A stretch of 64,000 bases of DNA from Naegleria gruberi (lineage: Eukaryota), in the NCBI GenBank assembly GCA_000004985.1, contig GG738854.1, one strand, 5' to 3'. How positions within the stretch are numbered: position 1 is the stretch's first letter; each line of letters opens with the position of its first letter. Below the pieces are notes generated by a model, which searched no databases, was not told the DNA's origin, and saw only the letters and a list, made by a program, of their open reading frames with translations. The translations under genes were made by a program, and so were the position numbers. Positions 42,729-53,077 of the stretch are shown in pieces.

Positions 42729-44018
42729 TTAGTTGTGGATGGCGTTGGCCAAACCAATTCTCATATTTTGCTTATCATAAACAGTGTAGAAGAGAGATTG
42801 GAAGAGAGAACCAAAGATCCATTGACCAGCTTTGAGTTGATCGGCCTTATTGATACCACCTTGACAGACAGAAGGTCCAAAGATTGGTGGCTTGTTTTCA
42901 ATGACAAAGTTATGTGGTTCAATAGAATATTCATTGCCACCAATGACAAAAGTAAAGGTTGGAATTCTAGAGAATTGAATTTGAGAACAATCAGCTGGAA
43001 GACTGACATTGGCAAAAAGTTGCATAGCAGAGAAGGTGATTGGATCAGTAAACATGGCATAAGCACTTGTATCAAAAGTAGCAAGACACTTGACTCCAGT
43101 ACCAGGACCACATGTTAAATAATTGACCAAATTACCATTAACCTTAAGACCATCGAATTCAATCATCCAATTCTTTGAACCAGTTGGAATTGGATAGAAA
43201 TTCATTGGACCCTTATAGTAATCAGTTGAGTAACCACCCAAAACCAAAGCTCCTTTACCCTTTTGCTTTTGTTGATTTGGATTCTTGAGTTCACTCAAAT
43301 AAATAGAAAAGACATAGCTGCTAACTAGTTTTTGTTGCACAACATAATCCATAATGGATGGGAATGAATAGACATAGTTTGCACTTGGTTCTGGACTCAA
43401 ATTCAAACCAAGGAATCCATCAAATTGCAAAAAGCTTTCCTCAAAAGAATCATCACTCTTAACCAATTCAGCAAAAGTAACATTCTTAATTGTCAAATCA
43501 GCTCCATTATCCAAAATAAGTCCCATTTGATCATTGGCAAGTGTTCCAAAGAATTCAAATTCTCCCAAATACCAATCAACTTGTCTTCCATCTTTCTTGT
43601 AAGTGCTTGACTTGGAAGAATCATACTTTGGATGTCTGAAACATTGCATTCCACACAATGTAGAAGTAACAGTCAATAATCCTCCATTAGTATTAACCAT
43701 AAGCTTGAAAGTATTACTCTTATCTGAACCAAAATGTACATTGGCATAATAATAGAACTGTTTTCATTGACAATTCATCAAAATCATAATAAATTCATCA
43801 AGTAACAATAAGTGTCATCATCATTAATATTAATATAAAAATTTAAATATTTAGCAACGTACATTGTTATAATCCTGAAGAGGAACAACCATCAATGATT
43901 CACCACTCACTCCCTTCATCTTCTCCTTTGAAAAGTTTCTCATTGGAATGGCTCCCGACACACAGACAGCCAAAGCCAACACGATGGCTACAGAAATTAT
44001 GGCAGTAAATTGACGCAT
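42729..44018 (-). CDS. Pepsin-like (A1 family) aspartic peptidase homolog, predicted catalytically inactive
   Basis: Exon 1 is 44018..43863 and carries the signal peptide MRQFTAIISVAIVLALAVCVSGA. A 105-nt GTACGT..AACAG intron spans 43758..43862. Exon 2 is 43757..42729. The N-terminal lobe aligns with pepsins: QDYNNFYYYANVHFG...FKLMVNTNGGLLTVTS against QYYGEI.IGTP.Q.F.VIFDTGSSNLWV. DTG is replaced by NTN in the first catalytic motif. In the second, the sequence reads ATFDTSAYAMF, with DTS in place of DTG. Confidence 0.6.
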
Positions 44019-44322
44019 TTTTTTTTGTGTTTGTTTTCTTCTCTCGGAGGGAATTTCGGCGACAACCTTAATAAGGTGAAAATAAAGTTTTGAGAATTTG
44101 AGCGAAAAAATTGTTCATTTTGATTGAAGATTTTTTAAAGGTTCGTTTTTGGGTATGCAATATTCTGGAACTACTGACCTTTCGTTTATTTACAATGAAT
44201 GTGAAAAGAAAGTGAACTAATTCTAATACATAAATATTATTGTAAAGAATAAATATTATCATTTTACAATAAATATTTAAGAGAGTTTCACTTCCTTTCT
44301 GTGAGGTTCTTTTATGGAAAAT

Positions 44323-44336
44323 TGGCGCGAAAAGGA
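44323..44336. promoter_or_regulatory. TTGGCGCGAAAAGG (E2F-like GCGCGAAA) motif about 30 bp upstream of the ATG at 44366
   Basis: An exact GCGCGAAA octamer in the 5' flank of the acyltransferase gene. Confidence 0.3.
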
Positions 44337-44365
44337 TCAAAAAAAATTCAAAAAAAAATACAAAA

Positions 44366-46123
44366 ATGATTCTCTATCTCTTGCTCTTTCTCACGGTTGC
44401 TCTGATGGTAGCAGCCTCATTGTTGCTCCCCTTCGTAACGAGTATACAATATCCGAAGAGGAATCGTTTTCAATTAAAACAAGCACAACATTTTCCGATA
44501 TGGTTGGTTGTATTGGTAGAGTTTAGGAGGAGAGTTGTGTTTTTATTGGATTTTATTGTTCATTATATTCATGTAAATTATACAATGAAGCCACAAGAGT
44601 TGAGTCCGAAAGTTGGAGAGTATGGAAAATTGGATGTTGAAATTGTCAAACCAATTAAAGATGACACTCCACAACAACATTTTGGAATGTTATCACCTAC
44701 AGATGCTCCTTTTCCACCTTCACATTATTGTTTTCAATTTGAAGGATTTTTGGATAGAAAATTGTTTGTAGAATCCCTTTCGGAAGTTTTAAAGCACATT
44801 CCTAGATTGGGTTCTAAATTGGTCGAGTTCAAATCTTTGGATGAATTGAAGAGAGGAACTGCTGGATGGTTTGATGAGTTGGGTAATATGGAGAGAAGAA
44901 TTGTTGAAGGCAGACTTTTGAATGCTAAAAAGCCAATAACACTTTTTGATTTGAGAGATGCCCAATTGGAAGTTTGTTTTGCTGAAGATGACACTATTAA
45001 AACAAATGATGAAACTGGATTATTGACAGCCACTGATTTGGCAAAGAATATGCACATTCTTTCTGTGTTCGGTGTTAGAGGACCAATCAAGGTTATCCAC
45101 TCCGAACCAACAGATCCACTCACAAGACTTCAAGTTACTTATTTACGTAAAGCAAACAAGACTGCTCTCACCATTTATATGGATCATGCTGTTGGAGATG
45201 CTTCTTCCATCTCAATGTTCATGCAATTGTTGGGTGATATTTTGAGTGCAAAGCAAACTGGAAAGGAATTCAAACCACGTAATCTTCCAGTTTGCAATCC
45301 TGTTCCTATCTTTAAATTTGGATACAATAAGGAAGCAGAAAAGTTAGATGATTTCCTATTCACTTATTATGATCCTACTGCATGCTATTCCTTCTTCAGA
45401 GCTGAAGTATTCAAATATCTAGATCAAAACTCTAAAAATCCAGCAAAAATTATTGCCAAAGAAATTACTGTCAATAAGAAACAATTGGATCAATTGAAAA
45501 AGAAGATTTTGAACGAAACTCCTGAACTGAATGATGTTGCCTTCAGCACCAATGACATGTTAAATGTTTTACTTTTGAGATCTGTTGCTTTTGGAGACAA
45601 GATTAATAGAATTGGCAGCGAAAAGTTATTGACATTGAGATATGTTGCTTCATTTAGAGAACGTTGTGATTATATTACTAGTAATTATTTTGGAAATGCT
45701 TTTGGAATTATCTTTGATAGTGTATCCAAGAAGGAATTGTTGGAAATGACTACTGGTGAATTAATCCTCTTAGCAAAGAAGAATACTGAAAAGACTGTTA
45801 ACAATCAAGGTTATTGGGAAACTAAATTGGAAGAAATGAATCAAAGATATTTCGACCCTCTCCAAGTTGACTTTGGTTTCCCTGCCTTTGAAGGAAGTGA
45901 AAACTTTATGGGAGTCACAAATTGGGTCAAACCAATGTTAGAAATTGGTTCTCACTTCCAAGATAAATCCTATCTGGGTATCAGTACTCTTTGCATGCCA
46001 TTCCCTCATGTAAATAAGATTCTACCAACCTCAACAACTGATCCAGATGGTGGTGTTAGATTGGTGCTTTCCTTGTATGAGCCTGAATACTTGTATTTCG
46101 TTGGAGAAATTCCAAAAGTTTAA
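44366..46123 (+). CDS. HxxxD-motif acyltransferase (CoA-dependent acyltransferase superfamily; WS/DGAT-, BAHD- or condensation-like)
   Basis: 585-aa ORF from an A-run ATG (caaaaATG) to TAA. The N-terminus is a signal-anchor-like MILYLLLFLTVALMVAASLLLPF. The catalytic-type motif is YMDHAVGDASS (HxxxD). An alternative internal start sits at 44585 (MKPQELSPK). Confidence 0.55.
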   Translation: MILYLLLFLTVALMVAASLLLPFVTSIQYPKRNRFQLKQAQHFPIWLVVLVEFRRRVVFLLDFIVHYIHVNYTMKPQELSPKVGEYGKLDVEIVKPIKDDTPQQHFGMLSPTDAPFPPSHYCFQFEGFLDRKLFVESLSEVLKHIPRLGSKLVEFKSLDELKRGTAGWFDELGNMERRIVEGRLLNAKKPITLFDLRDAQLEVCFAEDDTIKTNDETGLLTATDLAKNMHILSVFGVRGPIKVIHSEPTDPLTRLQVTYLRKANKTALTIYMDHAVGDASSISMFMQLLGDILSAKQTGKEFKPRNLPVCNPVPIFKFGYNKEAEKLDDFLFTYYDPTACYSFFRAEVFKYLDQNSKNPAKIIAKEITVNKKQLDQLKKKILNETPELNDVAFSTNDMLNVLLLRSVAFGDKINRIGSEKLLTLRYVASFRERCDYITSNYFGNAFGIIFDSVSKKELLEMTTGELILLAKKNTEKTVNNQGYWETKLEEMNQRYFDPLQVDFGFPAFEGSENFMGVTNWVKPMLEIGSHFQDKSYLGISTLCMPFPHVNKILPTSTTDPDGGVRLVLSLYEPEYLYFVGEIPKV

Positions 46124-46171
46124 TTTTATTAAGACTCGATCAATGTAAATAAAAAGAGCATACCTCAAAGA

Positions 46172-47479
46172 CTAGTGTTCATATTGCTGCTCTTCATTAT
46201 GTTGCGTTTCATATTCATCCTCATCATCCTCATTCTCGTAATAGTAGTATTCATCAACATTTGAATCACTCACTGCTAATACTCGTCCAATTTTGTCTCC
46301 AAAATTTTTGTTCTTTGGTTTGAAGAATCGTTGCACATCCTTCAAAGGATTGAAAATCGAGACAATGAAAATAACAAAGATAAAGATTGCCAAATTATAC
46401 ACCATATGGAATATGTACATGCTAAACTCCCACAACACACTGAGGGGAATACAAACAAAACCAAGGCATTGTGTAATTAAGGCAATACTTAGTCCAACTT
46501 GAAGAGTGAGGGCCTTCCTCAGAGCTGATTGTTTCACTGAGAACGAGGCACTGTTGGTTGACTTGAGCTCATTATTCATTGATGATAATAATAATCGTCC
46601 AATTATTGTCAGCATGACAGTAATACAAATTGAACTGCCTAGAAAGATGAGACCTCCACATAAGAATAATGCCAATAACAAATATCTCAATACTGCTGAA
46701 CTGGCTCCAAAAGGAGAGGACATTAACCCAGCAAACACGAATACAATAATGGACAAGATGATAAATATTCCAGCAATTCCAATCAGTAAGAAAACTAAAA
46801 ATCTCCTATATCTCTTATAGTTTTGCATTGATAACTTTTCAATTACTCTGGTGGTATCCAAACTATAATTGTTAAAATTGATGAATTAATTTAAATAAAC
46901 CTACAATATACTGCAAATATGGGACAGTATTAAAATTTCAATATAAATGACAAAAATTACTGCCACTCGATCAATTCCCTTCACTATTTGATTTGCCATT
47001 TTAGAAATTTCCTTATTGGTAATTAGCAGTGTCAGTTCTGAACCCATCCTCGATAGCATATTGAAAATCATACCAGCACATAATGCAAACAGTAAACCGT
47101 AGAGAATTTTGTGATTCCTCCTCATATTCTTCAATTGAATGAAAAAGCTAACAATAGAAAATGCCAATAGCGAGATGAAAAGTGCTGTGAATGGAATATT
47201 CGAAAAGACAACCATCTGTTGGTACAACCCATAAGTCATTCCAGGAGCAGTTCCATTCTGCACTCCAGCTGCCAATTCGATTATCAAATCTTCTCCACTC
47301 AACAAATTATTCACAATTGTCAATCCACCATCAATTCCAATACTATTAATACCAGTATTCCACTGTTCAATCCAAACACTCGCTATAATTAAAAATCCCA
47401 TCATGATCATTATTAATCCAATCAACCGGAATTTCCCATCAAACAATGATCGATCCAATCGATCTTGAATTTTCCACAT
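46172..47479 (-). CDS. Hypothetical polytopic membrane protein
   Basis: Exon 1 is 47479..46905 (MWKIQDRLD...). A 42-nt GTAGGT..TTATAG intron spans 46863..46904 and removes the in-frame TAG. Exon 2 is 46862..46172. About eight or nine hydrophobic segments span both exons. The C-terminal tail is acidic (DEYYYYENEDDEDEYE). Stop is TAG. Confidence 0.5.
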
Positions 47480-47697
47480 CTTATTTAATAAATTATATAG
47501 TAAATTAATATAAATTTCTATTCCACTGTTGCCTCTCAGCACAAAAACACTCGAATGGTCTATTTTCCGAGTCTTGTGTGTGTTGCAGAGTTTCAGAAAG
47601 GCTTGTTTTTCTGAATGATGCTTGAATACGACGCGAAGAAGTAAAACAATTTTTTTTACAAGTGTTCTACTAATTACAGTTCCTGATTTGTGAAAAG

Positions 47698-47719
47698 GCG
47701 CGAAAACAGTTTTTGGCGG
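47698..47719. promoter_or_regulatory. GCGCGAAAAC plus TTTTGGCGG pair (E2F-like) in a divergent promoter region
   Basis: An exact GCGCGAAA (47698..47705) and a nearby TTTGGCGG (47712..47719) lie between the minus-strand start at 47479 and the plus-strand start at 48038. Confidence 0.25.
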
Positions 47720-48037
47720 TAATTAGTTATTAGTGAAAGATTTTTCAGAATTGTTCGAGTTGTTGGAGTTGATGAAGTGATGTGGAATATCAAGGCAACT
47801 TGTGGAGGAACTGTGTTGAGATATTTTTTTATGTTGGGTTATTAATTGAAATGTCAGTTTGACATGCGATAGAGGACTTGAGAGGATTACAACCATGACT
47901 TGATTATCGTGAAAGATATTTTACATTGTATCCATGAAGAAATCTTTAAACAACATAATGGTGTTTGTAAAGAATGTTAAATAGTATTGAATATTAATCA
48001 ATTAATATTTAAATGCATTTTTAAATATTTAAAAAAA

Positions 48038-48814
48038 ATGCGAATAAGTCAGGTGCTGCGGAATCACAAATCCTCACCATCAAAAACCCTTTTAGATGAA
48101 TGCATCACCAATTTTCTCTCCACTCTCCGAAATCATCGAGAATTTATTCTGGAAAATCCACAACTCAACCGTTTGAAATTAAATCATGATGGATTAAATA
48201 AGGATAGTCAGCCGAGAGTAATTGATACGAGTGTTGTAGCATTGAGACGGGAATATATTGAGAATTTAATTCCAAAACCAACACCTTCGGAATTTTTTCA
48301 AACCATGTTAAGGGAATCTAAATATTATTCGGAATTGATAGATTTGAATGTAATTGATCAATTTTGTGTATTTTGCAATAGAGAAATTGTTTCTGAGGGA
48401 TTGATTGAGGAAAGTGAGAATTTTATGGCACTTTATAATATTAGACCTGTTTTTCCTGGTCATTCTCTGATTATTCCAAAGAAACATGTGACTAGATTTT
48501 CATCTCTTCCATTGGAGCATGCTAAGGAATTTGTGGAATTTTCACAATTGGTAATTCGAGCATTAAAACAGATTCACAATACTGATTCGATAGAGTTACT
48601 GATACAGGAAGGACCTTTGAGTGGACAATCTATTTGTCATCTTCATTTACATTTAATGCCGAGAATACCTAATGATATGCCAAATCCAGAAGATGATTGG
48701 ATGGAATTCTTTTCAAGAAATGAACATTCGGCAAGATTACTCACGAAAGAAGAACGACAGGAATATGCTAAACATGTTAGACAAGTCATGAAGAGTTTAC
48801 GTTCCAATTCATAA
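48038..48814 (+). CDS. HIT (histidine triad) family protein with N-terminal extension
   Basis: The ATG at 48038 follows aaaaaaaATG. The HIT core is ALYNIRPVFPGHSLIIPKKHV ... with the histidine triad HLHLHLMP. The total length is 258 aa. Stop is TAA. Confidence 0.7.
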   Translation: MRISQVLRNHKSSPSKTLLDECITNFLSTLRNHREFILENPQLNRLKLNHDGLNKDSQPRVIDTSVVALRREYIENLIPKPTPSEFFQTMLRESKYYSELIDLNVIDQFCVFCNREIVSEGLIEESENFMALYNIRPVFPGHSLIIPKKHVTRFSSLPLEHAKEFVEFSQLVIRALKQIHNTDSIELLIQEGPLSGQSICHLHLHLMPRIPNDMPNPEDDWMEFFSRNEHSARLLTKEERQEYAKHVRQVMKSLRSNS

Positions 48815-48906
48815 TCCATTTTAACTTTTGTATTTAACTGAATGGGAATACAATTTTGTAAACTATTTACATTTTCATAATCCAAATTATTTTAAATTTA
48901 AAAAAA

Positions 48907-49794
48907 ATGAGCAAACACAATACTTGGGGAGGATCATCACCTTCATTATCGTCGACCACTAAATTAATTGTCGGATTATTTGTCCTCCTATTGATTGTAC
49001 AAACAACAATCGGATCAACATTAAATTTATCGAGTACAAGAATTGATACCACTCTCAATACAACACAAATAGAATTTCGACCTCTTGATCCATCAGCACC
49101 ATCGTCTATTCCTAATTATAATGTTGGAACACAAGTATCGCTGAGTTTTTCCTTCTTTTCTATTGAACATTGTTCTTTTGATATTGTAGTAGTATCAAAA
49201 CACTCTAAAAAGGAATATTCGACAAATGGTGGAATTTATCAATACAATACTAATGGAACTATTGAAGAAAAGGAATTAAAAATTACAATTCCTACTGAAA
49301 TTGATACTGCTGAAGGAGCTTATGTTTTCAGATTAAAAAAGAAGGTTGAAAAGGTATCTCAAGAATTGAATTTTGACTCTCCAGAATTTACTGTCACTGT
49401 CAATGTTGACAATACATCATTATCATGGCCAACTATTGTTTTAATTCTCTTCTTCCCACCAGCTCTGCTCCTAGTTGCAGTTGTAGGTGGTTGTGTCATG
49501 TGTAAACGACAACGTCGAGTCCAACAACAAGAATTGGAACAACACGATTATGAACAACAATTGGATGATGATGTTGATATCAATTTCGATCACGATGATG
49601 AAGAGGAGAATCATCACCGTCACCACCACACCTCCAAGCACCATCAAACAAATAAGAAGAAGGAAGAACCCAAGATGGCCTTTGTCTTGGAAGATGACGA
49701 TGATGATGAGCCAATGTCTAGTAGTCATATTCACATTGATGATGATGATGAAAATGAACGTCGTGGCAATTTCTACTATACCAAGAATATTTAA
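48907..49794 (+). CDS. Type I membrane protein with acidic, His-rich cytoplasmic tail
   Basis: 295-aa ORF from aaaaaaaATG to TAA. It has a signal anchor (LIVGLFVLLLIVQTTIGS) and a roughly 150-aa ectodomain. The transmembrane segment is WPTIVLILFFPPALLLVAVVGGCVMC. The tail contains ENHHRHHHTSKHHQTNKKKEE and DDDDDEPMSSSHIHIDDDDENE. Confidence 0.5.
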   Translation: MSKHNTWGGSSPSLSSTTKLIVGLFVLLLIVQTTIGSTLNLSSTRIDTTLNTTQIEFRPLDPSAPSSIPNYNVGTQVSLSFSFFSIEHCSFDIVVVSKHSKKEYSTNGGIYQYNTNGTIEEKELKITIPTEIDTAEGAYVFRLKKKVEKVSQELNFDSPEFTVTVNVDNTSLSWPTIVLILFFPPALLLVAVVGGCVMCKRQRRVQQQELEQHDYEQQLDDDVDINFDHDDEEENHHRHHHTSKHHQTNKKKEEPKMAFVLEDDDDDEPMSSSHIHIDDDDENERRGNFYYTKNI

Positions 49795-50344
49795 ACATGC
49801 TCTTCATTAATTGTTATTATGGAACAGTGTGTTAACATATTAGTTTACAATTTTAAGAATATTATTTAATCGAATAATGTAATAAAGGAAGGTAATTGGC
49901 TATGCCTATTTTGAAACAATCAGTGATGCGTACTTTGGTGTCCCTATTTGCCTTTCCTATCTTCCTCCTCACCTGTCTTTTAATAAGGAAGCTGCTAATG
50001 AACATACGAAAAAAACAGGACAAATCACTGTAATATCTCTTTCGAATAATATTTGTTTAATTGAATTATTATTTAATTCTTCACCATCATCAACAAGGAA
50101 GTTTATTTACCAATCGTGGCCTAAAATATTACAAAATCTTTATCCTAATGATTAAAGAAAGTATTTCGAGAATAGTTTAGTTTCAAACAAAGTCTTTTGA
50201 ATAGAAATCCTTTCAACTATTCATTCCTTATCTGTATTATCAACAGCAAACATAACAAGTACCACCAAATCGTGCTCTTTTCATACAATTCTCTATTAGG
50301 CCATATCCAGCTCAATTTGTAGTTTCGTCTAATTCTTCAAGAAC

Positions 50345-53077
50345 ATGCAAACTACATCTCTTCAAGAAAATTCAAACATTAGAAAAGAATTGTTCAACAA
50401 AAACAACTCCTCATCATTAAATTGTCAAAGCTCACATCATCAACATACAACTTTCTCAACTATCATGTGTTCCTCCTCAACAATGGAATCAAATTTTAAT
50501 TTACCTCCAAGCAACAAGAAGGAAGAGAAAAATCAACAAGAAAACAAAGAAGAAAAATACAGCAGTGCTGGTGGCGACAATGGAAAACATTATCAAGAAC
50601 AACAACGGATAGATGTTGCTGTAACATCATCATCAGCATCAGCATTGGAAGGAAAAGAGGATGGTATTACTCGGACAGTGTCTAGTTTAAATCCTTCTCC
50701 ATGTACAAATAATTATAATAATAATACAACAACAATAATAATAACCGATAATAATCAAAACGAGAGAGGAAAATTAGAAATGTATATTGATACTAATAAT
50801 TTACGTTTACCACTTTCTCCTTCTGCATTGTCTGTCTCCTCATCAACATCAGATGGCACACCAACTAAAATTCCAACCTCCACTAATTGCTCACCATCAC
50901 GACCTTTATCTACTATTTTGCATAATAATAATAATAATAACAATACTAATAGTGCCTTGCTCTCATCGAGTACATGGTGGAGAGAAAGATTATTCCCTAA
51001 GGAATTACTACCAAATTCTACTCTCACATCAGCACGAGCTTCATCATCAGCACTGAATTTCAACATAAGTCTCATCGATGAATCAACATTTGATACACTT
51101 GCTCCTTCATCATTGTCCTCTTCTCGTTTGGATGCTATTCATACATCTTCAGAGGGTGAGTTTTCAGAGGAAACACTCCTAGAACATATAAGCAAGGAGT
51201 TGTGTTCGAATATGCGTGAGGAAGAGCTTGAACAAGTTTCCACACCAGCTGTGGTTGACCATATATTACGAGAGATGAAGTTTTCAAAACAGAAATGTTC
51301 ACTAGTACACTTGGCAGCAAAACATAATCGTGTAGAACTCTTGCAGTGGTTTAAAAGATGCTGTTGCGATAAAAAGTGTTCCTACAAGCACATACCCATC
51401 TCTAAACTACTCAACTCTGACAAATCTTCATCAATAACGGATTCATCATTTTCTATTTTGGAAAGTAAGAGATTTAGCAGGAATTTTGGAAAAAACTTTA
51501 ATGTTGCCATAAGGCACTTCGACTCATTGGATGATGACAGTTCTTCCCAACATTCCAAACAGTGTCTACTTAAACAACAATCCTTGTGGTTTGCTTTGGA
51601 CCATTATTCTGCAACACCTCTCTTTTATTCTTGCAAGCATGCACAAGCCATGGAGGCAAGTGCTTTTCTGTTATCTCAACCAAGTGTCTCACAGAAACAG
51701 CTCAACCATCACCATGATCAATTTGGAAACCTTCCAATAACTATTGGATTTAGAAATGGAAATTTCAGACTATGTGACTTGTTGGTTTTGTTTGGAGCCA
51801 AAATTGATGTTACTTCAGGAATTCTTGCTGAAAGTCTACTTCACAAAGTTTGCAGAGATGGTGCAGATTTGGAGGTTGTTAAATATTTGGCTAGGTTTGT
51901 TTTATTCATATTTATTTTCAATATATCATCATTTATTCAATTCAGGAATGCACCAAAAGTCTTACTCAAAAGAAATCAAAGAGATGAAAGTGCACTGTTT
52001 GCCTGCATTAGGGATTTGAGAATGGTTCTCATTCCATCAAGTGGAGGCTCCTTCAGCAGTGATATAAGTCTTTTCCACAATAGAAAGAGTTCTAATGGAG
52101 TTAGTGATACATCATTCACTCTCCTTCATAATATTCTTTCCTATGGATCGGAATTGTTTGGAAGGGAAACATTTGAGAAGGCTGTTCTCATGAAAAACTC
52201 ATTCGGAATGAATATTTTAATGACGAGTATATTGTACAATGATATGGACGCAATGAAAGTGATTTGTCTTGGACTTTCCAACTATTGCAAACCTGGAGGC
52301 GCTAGAAAAGTTGATCTCAATACTTCACAAATGAGTGGAGATTCGACTGGAAGTGGTAGTAGTTCAGAGGGTATTGCTGCTGTGGATGATCAGATACCTT
52401 CTCCAAGAAAGAGAAATTCTCTCCGATTACGACTTCACCAGAGAATTTTATCGATGGATAAAAGGGATTCAAACAAAAGCATTCTGAAAACAATTGTATT
52501 CGATAAAGATAAGCAAGGAAAGACAATACTCCATCTCATAATTGAGACAGCTATTCAATTAGAAGATAATGGAGCATCATGGGACGATTTGATTGACTGG
52601 TTTGATGGATTCCAATGGCTTTGTTTGTGGCTAACTGAAGTTTTTTCACAAACGTTGAATGTTAGAACAAATGGTGAGTGGACTGCAGATTGTGGGCTGT
52701 GCCACTTTTTTGAAGCTAGAGACTTGCAAGGTTACTCACCATATGGAATGGTGGTATCCAAACAACCAAATGAGGAAATGAACTTTTTGGAAAAGGAGAG
52801 CACCGATGATAGAGTACTCTTCTGGCCAAGAGTTTTGGAGTTCATTCAAACAACGATAAAGAAGTGGGCAGTCTCTGAAAAGGTCAAGAATACATCTGAG
52901 AATAACCTGAATGGTTCTCGTAACAATTTCAGATATGCTGAAGTGACAGGAAGCAGGGGATTTTTAAATTCTGAATCAGATTCACTCGATTCCCTCTATG
53001 CAGATCAAGGTGAGGGAATTTTAGGCAAAATGAAAAGAAGATTCAAGAGAACTCAAAGTGTCGATTTGGACAAATAA
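50345..53077 (+). CDS. Ankyrin-repeat-containing protein with long low-complexity N-terminus
   Basis: 910-aa ORF. The N-terminal 300 aa are rich in N, S and T. Ankyrin-like units are present (SLVHLAAKHNRVELLQW, TPLFYSCKHAQAMEASAFLL, GNLPITIGFRNGNFRLCDLLVLFGAKID, SLLHKVCRDGADLEVVKYL). A probable 51-nt in-frame intron spans 51895..51945 (GTTTGT..TTCAG); it reads through as a hydrophobic junk segment if retained. Confidence 0.5.
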   Translation: MQTTSLQENSNIRKELFNKNNSSSLNCQSSHHQHTTFSTIMCSSSTMESNFNLPPSNKKEEKNQQENKEEKYSSAGGDNGKHYQEQQRIDVAVTSSSASALEGKEDGITRTVSSLNPSPCTNNYNNNTTTIIITDNNQNERGKLEMYIDTNNLRLPLSPSALSVSSSTSDGTPTKIPTSTNCSPSRPLSTILHNNNNNNNTNSALLSSSTWWRERLFPKELLPNSTLTSARASSSALNFNISLIDESTFDTLAPSSLSSSRLDAIHTSSEGEFSEETLLEHISKELCSNMREEELEQVSTPAVVDHILREMKFSKQKCSLVHLAAKHNRVELLQWFKRCCCDKKCSYKHIPISKLLNSDKSSSITDSSFSILESKRFSRNFGKNFNVAIRHFDSLDDDSSSQHSKQCLLKQQSLWFALDHYSATPLFYSCKHAQAMEASAFLLSQPSVSQKQLNHHHDQFGNLPITIGFRNGNFRLCDLLVLFGAKIDVTSGILAESLLHKVCRDGADLEVVKYLARFVLFIFIFNISSFIQFRNAPKVLLKRNQRDESALFACIRDLRMVLIPSSGGSFSSDISLFHNRKSSNGVSDTSFTLLHNILSYGSELFGRETFEKAVLMKNSFGMNILMTSILYNDMDAMKVICLGLSNYCKPGGARKVDLNTSQMSGDSTGSGSSSEGIAAVDDQIPSPRKRNSLRLRLHQRILSMDKRDSNKSILKTIVFDKDKQGKTILHLIIETAIQLEDNGASWDDLIDWFDGFQWLCLWLTEVFSQTLNVRTNGEWTADCGLCHFFEARDLQGYSPYGMVVSKQPNEEMNFLEKESTDDRVLFWPRVLEFIQTTIKKWAVSEKVKNTSENNLNGSRNNFRYAEVTGSRGFLNSESDSLDSLYADQGEGILGKMKRRFKRTQSVDLDK

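Noticed and set aside
44068-44340. 90-aa minus-strand ORF upstream of the acyltransferase gene
   Set aside because: It lies in a promoter or spacer region, overlaps the GCGCGAAA motif, and its translation is low-complexity Lys/Ile-rich.
51895-51945. Whether the 51-nt GTTTGT..TTCAG segment in the ankyrin gene is an intron or coding
   Set aside because: It is in frame and stop-free, so the sequence alone cannot decide. It is annotated as a probable intron because of its splice signals, its size mode and the hydrophobic junk translation (FVLFIFIFNISSFIQF). It is not raised as a separate finding.
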